A stretch of 64,000 nucleotides of DNA from Lingula anatina (lineage: Eukaryota; Animalia; Brachiopoda): NCBI GenBank assembly GCA_051362555.1, contig CM120643.1:20898848-20962847 (forward strand). The letters are read 5' to 3'. Under the pieces are notes generated by a model, which was not told the origin of the DNA, searched no databases, and worked only from the letters and a program-made list of their open reading frames with translations. Position numbers and translations under genes: made by a program. This document shows positions 40,395 through 52,313 of this stretch, in pieces (the first letter of the stretch is position 1; every line of letters starts with the position of its first letter).

Positions 40395-42501
40395 TTAAAA
40401 GGGCTGATTACGTTGTATACCGGATTACTTTCATGGACAGCAGCCATTTAGTCTCTTCCTAACAATGTTAAAATCTTAAATGTCAACTGCACTCACTCTG
40501 CTGAAATGCTGAGTACCTCTCTTATTTGATTGCAGTCAAATAAATCGTTATCAGTTTATATCCATTTTTGATATATACTTTAACATGTGAGATTTCCTTA
40601 AATAAGGTGATATCATTTAATTGCAGAGAACCATTTTAGGAAACGGTGGATACCATGTTTGCAAGCCTACTAAATTGTTGCTATTGTCTTTTAGACATTC
40701 ATTTTTTGAAGACGATATATATTGAAGTATTTTTCACTAGTTTGCTACTGGTTTAAAAAAGGGACAAAAATCAAAAACTGCTTGAGTCGGAAATAAAGGG
40801 ATAAAGAAAAGTAAAAAGACTGAAAAATTATGTGGGTTTGCACCAATTGCAAGCTACATATTTGCACATTAACTATGTACCAATAGAAAATCCACAGAAA
40901 AACTACTGAAATCCAGTAACTCTTATGATCTTCATATCAACATATAGCCTTACATTTAACTTACCTTTACCAATGAAATGGTGTCTCCTCTTGTAGTCTT
41001 GTAGTCTGTTAAGCTACTATCTTTTACTGGTTTCAATGAACTAAAATGGTTTATTTTCAGTTACTTATAAGAAGAATGAAAAGATTCAAGCAAAACGCCC
41101 ATTTATATACCAAAGCATTGCTTGCCAGTTGAGGTTTTTCTTACCTCGCTGATTAATTAACCACATCCTAACAAAGGATCTTCGTTTATTAGTCTGCAGA
41201 GTTGGCAGATATATCTTTTGCCATCAGAATTATTCAAGCTTTTTAGAATTTTTTTTTTCATTATTTCTTTTTCTAATTTTTTGCAAACGATGATTGTCGT
41301 TGTCATTGTTGATGGGCATAATGGATGAAACTGGTGTTACTTTTGATTTAGGAAAATTGGCAGTGTGTGGTCAAAAAGTGTGGTTTCGCCTCATGTTCAT
41401 ACGTATTAAAATTTCGATTTTTGTTTGTGGTAGTGATATAGTACTACGTACAAGGAGTATCAATGAGGGAAGTGTTGAGGAGGCAAACATACAGTGTTTA
41501 CTAGTTTTATCATTTTTTATGGAACCCTAAGTAAATAAAGAAGTGAAAATGGCATCTGTCTTTAAGTCTCAACAAAAGTGATAAATAATAGTAACAACAG
41601 TTGATATTTCCTATGCACATTGCAAAAAATATATATTAGGGTAGACAAAACTGACAAATTTGTTAACAAATCCTACTGACCCTGATTTTGACAAAATGAG
41701 ACTTTTTTGCACCTTTTTTTTTTTTTCTTTAAATGGAAAATAATGCATATTTGGCAAGTTGAAAAATTTACAATTGACCCCAGTGAATATTAGTGATGTT
41801 TTCATGCTTGAAAAATCATCCACACTTTGAATTTGAAATTTCCTTACAAAGAAAAAAAAAATAGAATCAAAATTTAAAAAACAATTAAAAAAAAACTACA
41901 CCAAACCTATAATATAGTTGCTAACATGCTAAATTATATATACTTTATTCATTGTAACGTATGCATCTACATGGATAGATGAAAATGTACAAAAGGAATG
42001 CAAATATAAATAAATATGAATTATGTTAAATAGTGATATTGTACGACTCCTTGTATGAAAAATACAAAACATATTTGGCAGAGCCCAAATGGCTCTACCT
42101 ACTCAACTGGTAATGGGTGCAGCACAGTCCCTTTTTTGGAAGGCTAACCATAAATATTTGGCAAGAGCAATAATATGTTCATTCTTCTTACCAGTCATTA
42201 GTGTTTTAAATTTATCCATTCTGGTAAGATGCTCAAACTATGTTGTTTTTTGTATACTGAATAAAGATCATATTGGAGGTCTGTATAAAGGGGGCATGAC
42301 ACTAGGAAATGGATTTCATCTTCTATTTTGCCAGAATGGCACTTTTTGCAAATTCTGTCTGCATGTTGTTAACCAATATATCAATTTGGCTGGCCTAACT
42401 CTACAGTGATTATTTTTATCTTCTGTGTCACATGTGTATTTACATATGCCATCAGATGTCTTCTTCCTGTGTGGCGACCTATGTTACACAACCTTGTCTG
42501 A

Positions 42502-42504
<3 letters not shown>

Positions 42505-42545
<41 letters not shown>

Positions 42546-42552
42546 TGTGTGT
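42505..42552. repeat. (GT)n microsatellite
   Basis: Near-perfect GT run. Confidence 0.95.
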
Positions 42553-42914
42553 ATTTGATTGCAGGAGTTTTTAACTGCATGAGTGCTGGTTTTGAATCAT
42601 CATTTTAAAAACCACTAAACATGTTTCTGAGAGCTTGCAGCTATATTAATTCTGTCATCTGAAACATTTAATTAGCGTGTGCATTAAGTTAAACCAAATT
42701 TGTTTGCATAAATGTGGTGACTTGTGGCAAGGCAGGTTAATAATAAAAATTTACAAAACTTACACAAAAAGTTGTTAAATGCACATTTAAGCATCATGTC
42801 CTTATAGTGACATTAGTTGTTCTTTTAATTAGGTTTAGATACAATTTATCCCACTCCACCTCACCCTCCCCCAGAGTTAACTGTGTTATATTTGTTCTCC
42901 ATGTTATCAAATGT

Positions 42915-42916
<2 letters not shown>

Positions 42917-42972
<56 letters not shown>
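42917..42972. repeat. Poly-T tract
   Basis: 56 consecutive T; source of the poly-F/poly-K ORFs. Confidence 0.95.
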
Positions 42973-42973
<1 letters not shown>

Positions 42974-44395
42974 TTGTTTTGTGTCTGTTTCACAAAAAAA
43001 AACTGGATGGTTATGGGCTTTACACTCCTGGGACAGGTCCAGAGATATTTTCTGATAGTTTTCCAAATTATCTTTGTTCAGCCATCCTCCATTTTTGACC
43101 ATCTTAACTAAAAAATTCTAACTGTCTTCCAGAAGACCCAAAAGAAGGCCTCCATCCACTTTACTTAGATGGCTTAATTTATATACATATGGCTGACTAT
43201 GTAAAGTTAACATTGGGTTACTGGTGTAAGAGCCTTTAACAAGTGCAGATGACATATCTATGTGGGCTTTGACAACACTGTAAGTCACATCAAATTAGTC
43301 AGCAAACATCCATACGCGTAGCATCATTGCTTATCCAAATTTTGAATTTTAACATTTTGAGAAACAGGCCCTTGGATGTAAAGGTGTGTGTCATTGGTTG
43401 TAGGAAATGGTGCCCTAGTGTAAAGCTATGTGTCATTGGTTGTATATTTATTGCAGGCTTCCAGGCACTGTGGACAGGAGAGAGTCTGTATCCATATCAG
43501 ATCAGTGAAGACTGCGATGATGATGATGAAATCTCTCCATAGATCTGAGGTGATCTGTAGATTTTAACATATGTTTTTATGTACAGACACATCACTGGCA
43601 TGGGGCTTTGACATTGCTGTGCACTATTCACCTATACTTATTTTGCCAACACTTTTATCTAATATCTCTAATTAATTGCATTTATAGCTTTACCAGATAT
43701 ATTAAATTTGCCATAATATTTCTTAATGAAACAGTATTACAATTCAGAAGTACAACCTTTTTGGGAAAATAAAGTTTTTTGTCAGTATTGTGTGCACAGA
43801 GGACTCTTTTTTGGCCTCTTTGAATAACTTGATGTTTTAAGAACACAGCACTCCAAGAAAAAAATTTATAAAAATAAATTAAAATTTTTATAAATTATGT
43901 CAATTTATGTCAATTTATTTTGGATTTAGAAGAGGAAGGAGTTGTCTGTTAACCTGGCATGATTTTTGGTAAACAGTGCTTGTTGTTGCCTTTTTATCTA
44001 ACAATTTGAATAAAGAAACCTGTTTTATTAAACCCCTTTAAGATACTAGTTCACTCTGAGATTCATAGGTCACTTGTCACGAGGAAACAGCTGCGACATG
44101 CTGATAAAACAGACGAGTGACCTCTGAAACACGGTACCTGGTAGGCATGACAATCGACGAGTAAGAGGATAACAAGGGGAAGCAGGGGGGAGGGGGGTAA
44201 TGGGGTAGATTAGTGGGTAGGGGGGGTTGAAGTGGACAAGTCTTTTCTTCTGAAGGTAAAAAAAATTGGTTTTGATCAAATTGTTCAGAGTAGGAATTAC
44301 AGTATATATATTAAATGTCACTATTTGGAGATGATGCAAGAGATCTAAGAATAAGAGGACAGAATTCACCAATCAGAAATTGTGTTTCATTTCAG

Positions 44396-44529
44396 GTGTA
44401 GGAGAAAGCAAGAAGCTTCCAGGCAAACTGAGTGCCTACCTACAGAGATTTAGACCTGAGCATTACAAGACATTACTGCAACATGAAATAATTCCTGAAG
44501 TTCGAGATGAGCATTTTTTTGCTGAGTGA
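44396..44529 (+). CDS. THTPA: Thiamine triphosphatase, coding exon 2 (absent from the ORF track)
   Basis: Acceptor tttcatttcag|, phase compatible. Translates (G)VGESKKLPGKLSAYLQRFRPEHYKTLLQHEIIPEVRDEHFFAE*, matching the THTPA C-terminal PAKLxxYLQRFRPxxYxxLL motif. Total 233 aa. AATAAA at 45762. Confidence 0.93.
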
Positions 44530-47281
44530 ATGGCTCTCCTTAATGTATGCGACTTCTCATATTTGAGAACACTCTATTTTTATCAGCTGATATTCCGGGT
44601 GCTATTCCACTGTACTTTGCAAACCCAACAAATTCCATACAGCTTTGTCATTAGTTGTAGAATCAATTCCATTGTACACCAAACATGTTATTGTCCTTAA
44701 AAAGATGTGTAAATACCAAAAGGACAGTTTTGGTATTGTTTAAATATTGAAGAACCAAGAATACTGTTTTGACATTATTAAGATTACAAAAATTAAAATA
44801 AGTTTCTTTCATTAGTTATGGAAACTAAATCCCCAGTTATGGTGTGCATATCCGGTTCCAGGCTTAGGACTTGCCAAATAATCACCTAAGTTTCTTTAAG
44901 ATTTCTGACACTTATTCCTTCATTTAGTCTTCCACTTCCATGTACAAAACAAGTTTCCAGAACAGTAATGAATACTGATTCAGGGGCCAGATCATAACAC
45001 CCTGAGTTCCATAGGTCCCTTGCTACTGGTCTCTATACTATCAGACTACCTCCAGTTTCCAGGCATTGAAGGAGAGGGGAGTCTCCAAGGGACCTCTGAA
45101 ACCCAGGGCAGAACCTGTTGGAATATTTTGTAACTTTTAGAATTATCAAAACTTTATGTATGTGATGTTGTCCCCCTTATGTTGAATGCTGAAAGGGAGT
45201 TGAAGACTCTGTCTTTTAAAACTGCCTTTTAAAACTGGTTGTGCTACTTGTATATGAGTTTGCAAATGCTGAACTCCTGGTAATTAGTCAAAAATTGAGT
45301 TAATAGGGCTTTTCTTTAGAATTTGAGATGTTGATTTGAGACAGTGATGAGATCTTCAGTCTTTTGTATTAGGCTTTAGTAATTTGTAAGTTTTCTGTAT
45401 TACCGTTGTTGATTACCAAAGAATTTAGAGCTTTTTGTTTGTTTGTTTGTTTGTTTGTTCTTTCATTTTATAACATTTTATATGCTTTTTGAGTAGGGTT
45501 ACTTTTTGTTGAGGCATTTTATGTGTGTTAAATGTTGCTCATAATCACAAGTACCCCAGTATGTGATTTTTGGATAAAAGATGATATTTTTGTCCTATTG
45601 TGGATGGCATTGGTCCAAATAACTTGGATCCTATGTAGAACTACTAAAAGAAAGTATCCTAAAGTATATAGCACAGCATAGCATAGTATACCTTTTTTGC
45701 TTGACAACTGTTCCATGCAGCTGTAATGTGCTGACTTGATTACATCTAAAACTGAAACAACAATAAATAATTATCAAGCAAAAAGAAAGAGAGATGTACT
45801 ATACTATGACTCCAAACAAAATGGAGCTTTTTTTTAAGTTATTGTGATTACACTGTTAATAATATGGAACACTCCAAGAGCCCAGGTATCTGACTTAGAA
45901 AAAAGCATTAAAACTATCTATCAGAAAATATCAGGAGATGCAGATTCAGTTTAAATTGTAATCACTACTATTCCTGCTAGATAACTGTTTATCCTGAAAA
46001 TTTCTTCAAAAATTTAACAGTATATGTGATAATCTTTCTTGGGTATCTTGTTCAAAACCAAGCAGAAAACCAGTTAGCCCAGAGGTGGTACCAGAGTGAC
46101 CCAACAAATACGTGATAATCCTGGATGGACCAATGTGCATGCCCATCGACCACACCTTTTTTTCTTCCAGGCTTTAAAAAAAGGTTTCTTAAAAAATGGG
46201 CGATTCGTTTCCTTAATTGTCTTTGTACTCTGTTAGTTTCTGCTTTGATATATATCCAATGCCTGTTTTACAAAAGAAATAAGGCCAGAAATTGATTTAA
46301 ACTTTTAGGCCAGAATTTTAATCTGTTTTGATTTGTAATAATCTCTTTGTCATGTGACCCAATGGCAAGCACAAATTCCAGAATAATTTCCATAACTGCT
46401 GTTTGGGTGGTAAAATTTAATGTATGTTATATTTCTATGAGTTGTTTACAATATATTTATTGTGAAATATGAATTGCTTATGAACATTTGTTAAATCCCT
46501 TTAAGATTTTAATTCTTTCTGTGTTCCTAAACTAAGAAAGGTAGAGTCATGAAATTTTCAGCAGTTTTTAAATAATCATTTTCCTAATATATCCCAAATT
46601 TCATTCTTATATCTTCAAAACTGTTAACGTTATTGTTTCTTTTATTTCTTCTTAAGCCACATGATGTTTATCCCACTTGTATACCTGTAAGCATACAATA
46701 TTAACAGTTCGTTGAAATGCTTTTGTTTTTTGTATTTTTTCTATGCAGCATTTTCCTCATCATTTTTTATTTGGTATTGTTTTTGTTAATAATATTGTAC
46801 CGAGTATAGAAAGTAAAGGAAACATGGTTTGTTGCCTAAAATGTCTTTTGGTCTTGTTCAGCATTTTTACCAAGGTATACCCAATTCTAAACCCTTGTAA
46901 CAATGCAATGTTTAAGCCCAATTTTTGAGTTCTAAGTTTCTAATTTGCCTGTCACTATCTCCAAATCCAGGTGATTCATAAACCAGAAACTTTGACCCCA
47001 AAGTACGGTTATTTAAAGCGTTGTTATGTGAACATTCCTGTATTAGGTGATAAAAGGAAAAGCGCTTAATTGCCAATGCTATCTGCTCCAATGGCATTCA
47101 TTTCCGAAAATGCCTTATGTATATTACGCATTACAGGTGTGTCAAAGAAATTGGTGACTCTGGAGAATTGACTCTCTGTAACACGGGCCCGTTTCTCTAC
47201 ACTAGTGGAACGGCAAAGGTATTCCCAGGAATGAAGACCCGTGTCTCATATGATTAGTAAATATTAGGAGGTTGGACTTAA

Positions 47282-48117
47282 AGGTACACTGCACATGTTT
47301 GAATAATTCCCTAAAGTCAGACTTTATATGTCTACATATCCTGCAAAGCCACTAATCTTTCCCAGTTCAAACCTCTAAAATAAAAGGACCCGGACTCGAT
47401 TGGTCCTTCTAAAATATACAGGAAGACATGGCGTTTTAAAATACTGACCAGTCATTTAGAACTGTAGTAAAGTAAATGACTTACACTTTCACTAATTGCA
47501 GATAATAATTAAATCGGAATCAAATGAGTAAAAGGATAGGGAGTTATTGAGTGTAAGTTAAATTTCTTTAAGAGTCAACAAGTGTAGAAATTGTTCACGT
47601 AGTGGAAAAAAATGGAACATGTCAAAGTCACATCTAGTTCGATTTGACTGGTTAATTTCTCAATAGATTTGCAAGTTTCTGACCTGTGTAAAACACATGC
47701 AAACTAAGGATGGATATAGTCCAAGCATGAGTAATTCAAAATAATATTTTTAATATTTTAAATTGAAAACTAGTCTCTTAGATATTGCCTAGTAAGGAAA
47801 TGTTCCAGGGTGGTTTGCAACATGAGAATGGAAAATTCCTCGTATCACGCAAAGACAACGGAAAAAAACCAGTAAATGCATGATCAGTACGAGAAATAGA
47901 GTATAAATACTTGTAAAATTGTATGAAAAAGGCAGTCGGTGAATAAAAGTTTGAAAGCTCCAGATCGTTATTTTCACTATAATAGAACTAAAACACTGAA
48001 TAAAAAATAGAATACAACATCAAATCCAAGTACAGGTACGGTTTGGCAACGATTTGCGAGTAGGAATTTTTCCCGAGAAAATTTCATTTTGGTGGGTAAC
48101 TCCCAAACAGGGTATCT
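47282..48117. mobile_element. Possible Kolobok-like (TTAA-flanked) non-autonomous DNA transposon
   Basis: TTAA|AGGTACACTG ... CAGGGTATCT|TTAA (8/10 inverted match). Its left part (gtctacatat..cctgcaaa...aaataaaaggacc...ccttctaaaat.tacaggaagacatggc) recurs at ~18720-18848 and ~39487-39615. Confidence 0.55.
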
Positions 48118-51100
48118 TTAACCGCAGGAAACACGATTTTTGAATATTGCTTTAGATATCTTGTTCAGTACGGGACATTAATGGGTAACGGACTAGGGTT
48201 CCCAGTGGAACACTATTCCTGTCACATAACATAACTTGTGTCCTGCCAAAATTTCTACGTTACTAAAATAGGTTCTTCCCGGATATATATTCTCCTAATA
48301 TTAAATTGCCAAATAAAATGAAACTTCGTTCCAAATTATTTTCCAAAGGTAAAAGTCAAAGCTATTCTTTGAAGTTCAATTCAGAAATCGGAGAGATGTG
48401 ATGACTGATACGGCATACTTTTGACGACAATGTTACGTGTGCAACCTGCTATTCCACGACCTCATATTTAATGCCCATCCCCCTTTTTTACAACCCAATT
48501 ACGGCTATTTCTAGATTCATTTATTTTATTTAAACAAAGCCTTGGAGAACAAATTAAAAAATGGTGCATTTCTTTCTTTTTTTAAATCACTAAATGTGCC
48601 TAACTTGACAGATGTATTCTGTGTAGCTACAACGATGAAAGAGTCAACAGTGAACGCGAAAGTGCCAATTTTACCCCATAAATGTCGTGGTTGTATCATT
48701 AATGTACAGTAGGTCGTTAAAGCTGCATTGTCGACTTGTTTTATGTCTTTACGTTTTTGATACATTTAACTTGGGAACGGTAGTTTATCGTTTATGTTGA
48801 AAAGTGCCCCCCATCCTTTTTAAAGACTGTTGCACAAATATGTTAAGAAAAAGCATTTATACTGATTAAAATATATAGTAAAGGAGTGCTTCATTAAAGC
48901 TACCAGTTTGTGCGTTATCTTAGTTATCTAAGTTTTGTACAGGCACCTTTTAGGGGAAGTTCTGTAGATCAGCTAAAAAAAAATCACTGAACCCGTTAAA
49001 AAACTACTGTGAAATGACCAACAACAATTGTGTAGGTTTGAACTATTGTTTTTGGCTATATATCAAACTAAAAATTTGTAATTCCAAATTATTGTTAAAT
49101 TACCATGATACTAATACGATCCAGCTCCTTCATTTTTTCAAAATATATTAGGTCCTAACAAAAGTCATTTTATTAATGTTCCACACTGCCGTAGGTTAAG
49201 ATGTACACTTTTATATCAATATTTTTTCACTTGAATAAAATCCTCTTCTCTGTAATTAAATGACCATGCAGTATACTCTTGAAAATTAGGCTTGTTTTCT
49301 TAAAATTTATATGAATGGAACACTGATAACTTTCTTTGCCACACCTCTAATAAAATTAAAATTCCTTAACTTAATGTTTTAATGAGTATAAATGCTTTTT
49401 CTTTAAATATTTATGCAATAATCTGAAGAGAGTATCATCATCAGTTGTTTTTTACAAACCACATAAAATGAATACAACTAAATTCTAATTTGCCAGACCT
49501 TCAGTTTATGATATACCTTAATCTTAAACATCTACAATTTAATTACACATGCCTTGGAAACAATCTGGCAGCTCACATGTTAATAACTTGGCCATTACAA
49601 ATGTTCATTATACTGTTTACAATGCAAAGACCCAATTGGGAATTGGCCTGGACCAGTAAGTAACTGGACTGGATTGGGATCCGGCCTGTGACAGTAACCA
49701 CTGGTCAGTAGAGAAAATCGTCGGTTACCCCAGGAAAATCCTTTTTTTTTTTTGGTCAAAACGGATAGCTGTTACCCCTTTAATTTTTTCGGTTTTACTT
49801 TAACCCCGGAGTTAAGAAACTTTTAACAGAATGTCCGCCCTCCACGAGATACATACAGGTTAGGGAAAGCGTAACGAAATATGATAAATTATTTCTCGTC
49901 CCTACATAATTAAAACAAAGAGAATCTCTCCCCGCCTTCCCCCTCCCAACTCTCCAGCCATTCTGTACTGCGACACGCAGTTAGACTTCCTCACGTGTTT
50001 GAAAATAAAATAATAATAATAACCTTAGATTTCCTCACGTGTTTGAAAACAAAAAAAAAAAAAAACGTGAACGTGGAGACACGGGCTTCGGCAAAAAGCA
50101 CGGTTGTCAAACTGGTAACGACACGTGGATGTGGCGTTAATTTGCTCGTGACAGTAAAATTTAAGTTTAACCTTATTCGGCTTAATACTTGTAGCGGTTT
50201 GTTACAGACTTTCGAATAAAAGTGAGGAAAAAGTGTTAGGAAAAAGGTGTTCTTTAAAGAAATCGAGGCCACCTGTTAGATTCATACAGGTTAGGGTTAG
50301 CGTAACGGAAGTGGGTCAAAATCTAGGACGGGGATTACCTGTACAAATCGTTTGGAAACGGACTGTATCACAGTGGACTCTCTCGTACATTAAATATTGG
50401 CGTTGTGTTAAGGGGATGGGGGGGGGGGGGAGAATGTGGGAGTCCAGCTCTACAGTAGGAATCTTTTAACAGAGCTTGACAACACTTGGTATTGATTTAT
50501 TTCTAATTCAACACAACTATTCAGAAAGTTATGGGAACAATATCTCGGGTTAATTTGGAAAAGAAATCTAATCTCATCCACTTTTTGACCCGAAGAGCAA
50601 TTTATTTCGTTCGTCAATTCCCCATGATAATTGTTTGAGACGGACGCATACGAGGGGTAATGTTCTCCCTAATTGCTCTGCATTTTGATGCTAAGGTAAT
50701 CGGATTTAGCCCTGCGTTCCAACCAGCACAGCGGACGCGGTGTCAGGGGGCATCGATCCGGCGTGGAGTATCGGCCTAGACGTCAACATAGCGTGGGTCC
50801 ATGACATCTAGCTCTGCCCTGACTCTAGGATGTCGCTTGTTCGGAGCGTCTGACTCAAAGGGATAACAACTGTTCATTTGGGCCAAAAATGAATTTTCCC
50901 TGTTTTTTTTTTTTTGTTTTTTTTTTCTAAAAAGTTTTTTTTTTTTTGTAATAATCTCTTAAGAGATTATTACAGAGTATAGCGATCTTTGGAGGCCACA
51001 TGGTACAATGGCAAACACAGATTTCAGAATAATTGCTTTTACTGCCGTTTTTGTGGTAAAATAGAATAAATTATATTACTATGAGTTGTTTACAATGTTT

Positions 51101-51214
51101 TTGTTGTGAAGTATAGATCTAATACGAAGAGTTATTGTCCCTTTAACCAAGAGCGTCGTACAACGACATCGCATACTATTTTCTGTACGATTTTAACATC
51201 TTAAGTAGCTACAG

Positions 51215-52313
51215 CAGCGGCGGATCCAGGGTTATTTGAAGCGGTGAGGGATCCAGGGATGCGAAGGCGACCCTCCTCCCCCCCTTCCCCCCCCCCCCCT
51301 TGTCGTGGGGTTCGGGGCCTGCTGAAGGGCCCTGAAATTTTTGGTAATTTAAGCCTCGGTCACAACCGGCCGTACGGGCTCTTACGGGCTGTTTGCGTCA
51401 AACTTTTGCGCAGAATCTCACGTCCCACGCAATTCCTTCTTACGCAATGTCGAGTTGGCAGACAGCCCGTAAGCACGTACGGAGGATGTTAGACATGTCC
51501 AAAAGATTCTACGAATAGCCTGCGAACAGCAAGGCCGCAAGAGCCACGGAGTTAGCAAGAGAGACGCACGTTGTGCAAGACGTACGTCGAGCAGACCGGG
51601 AATGCGTCGCACGTGCGTCACCCCCACGCCTGGTGTATAAAAGGCGTGCTCTTTACAATGAACGTCGACTGTGTAACGTGTACAACAATTTTCAAAATTT
51701 TCAAATTTTTGCTCAATCTAGTTTCTAATATGCCTCCAAAAGGCAAGGCAAAGAAGCTTCCATAGTAGAAAAAAGGGAGGAGGAGGAAGAAGAAAGAAGA
51801 GGAGAACAGGAAGCACAACTGATGTACGCAGTCAGTACGTCACCACAAATGTGTGAGGCAAGTGTGAAGCAAAACTGGTGCAAAAGGGCACAACTTTCGC
51901 CGTGCGTTGCATTCCCTTCGTAAGTGGTGAGTGTGTGCCACGTACACAGGAAGCAAGACATACTCAAGAAATGAGTACAATTTCCACGGCCATCGCTCCT
52001 TGCGATTAGCGTCCCTACTTGAAAGGACATCTCATGTGGCCCTTGCGACTCGCAAGGTGGACTTTCCCCTACCTCTACGACCCCCACGGCCTCCGCAACA
52101 CCCAAAAATCGCAGGGGACGTACGATCCTGAAATTCGTGCGTCCGGTTGTGACCGAGGCTTAAGAGGGCGAAAAGTACGGTTTTGAACTTTAGTTCAGCT
52201 AGTCAAATTCTAATTTCAGGAGGGGACCATTGGTGTTATTTTTTCAGAAATCGAAAGGGGGTGGGGTCAAGATCCCCCTGACAGCCCCCCCCCCCCCCCC
52301 CCAAATCCGCCAC
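51215..52313. mobile_element. Outer hAT-like MITE (CAGCGGCGGATCC terminus), interrupted by a second element
   Basis: Left end CAGCGGCGGATCCAGGG; right end ...ccccccAAATCCGCCAC is a degenerate inverted match missing the terminal TG. G/C-run subterminal motifs are similar in style to the 21484 MITE. Confidence 0.6.
51352..52160 (+). mobile_element. Inner non-autonomous DNA transposon (PIF/Harbinger-like termini), internally deleted
   Basis: 18-bp perfect TIR AGCCTCGGTCACAACCGG / CCGGTTGTGACCGAGGCT in a TA/TTAA target context. CpG-rich. Retains TATAAAAG (~51636) and a frameshifted ORF start at 51730. Confidence 0.85.

Noticed and set aside
42794-43111. Poly-K/poly-F ORFs, and similar microsatellite-derived ORFs elsewhere
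   Set aside because: Products of homopolymer or simple repeats.
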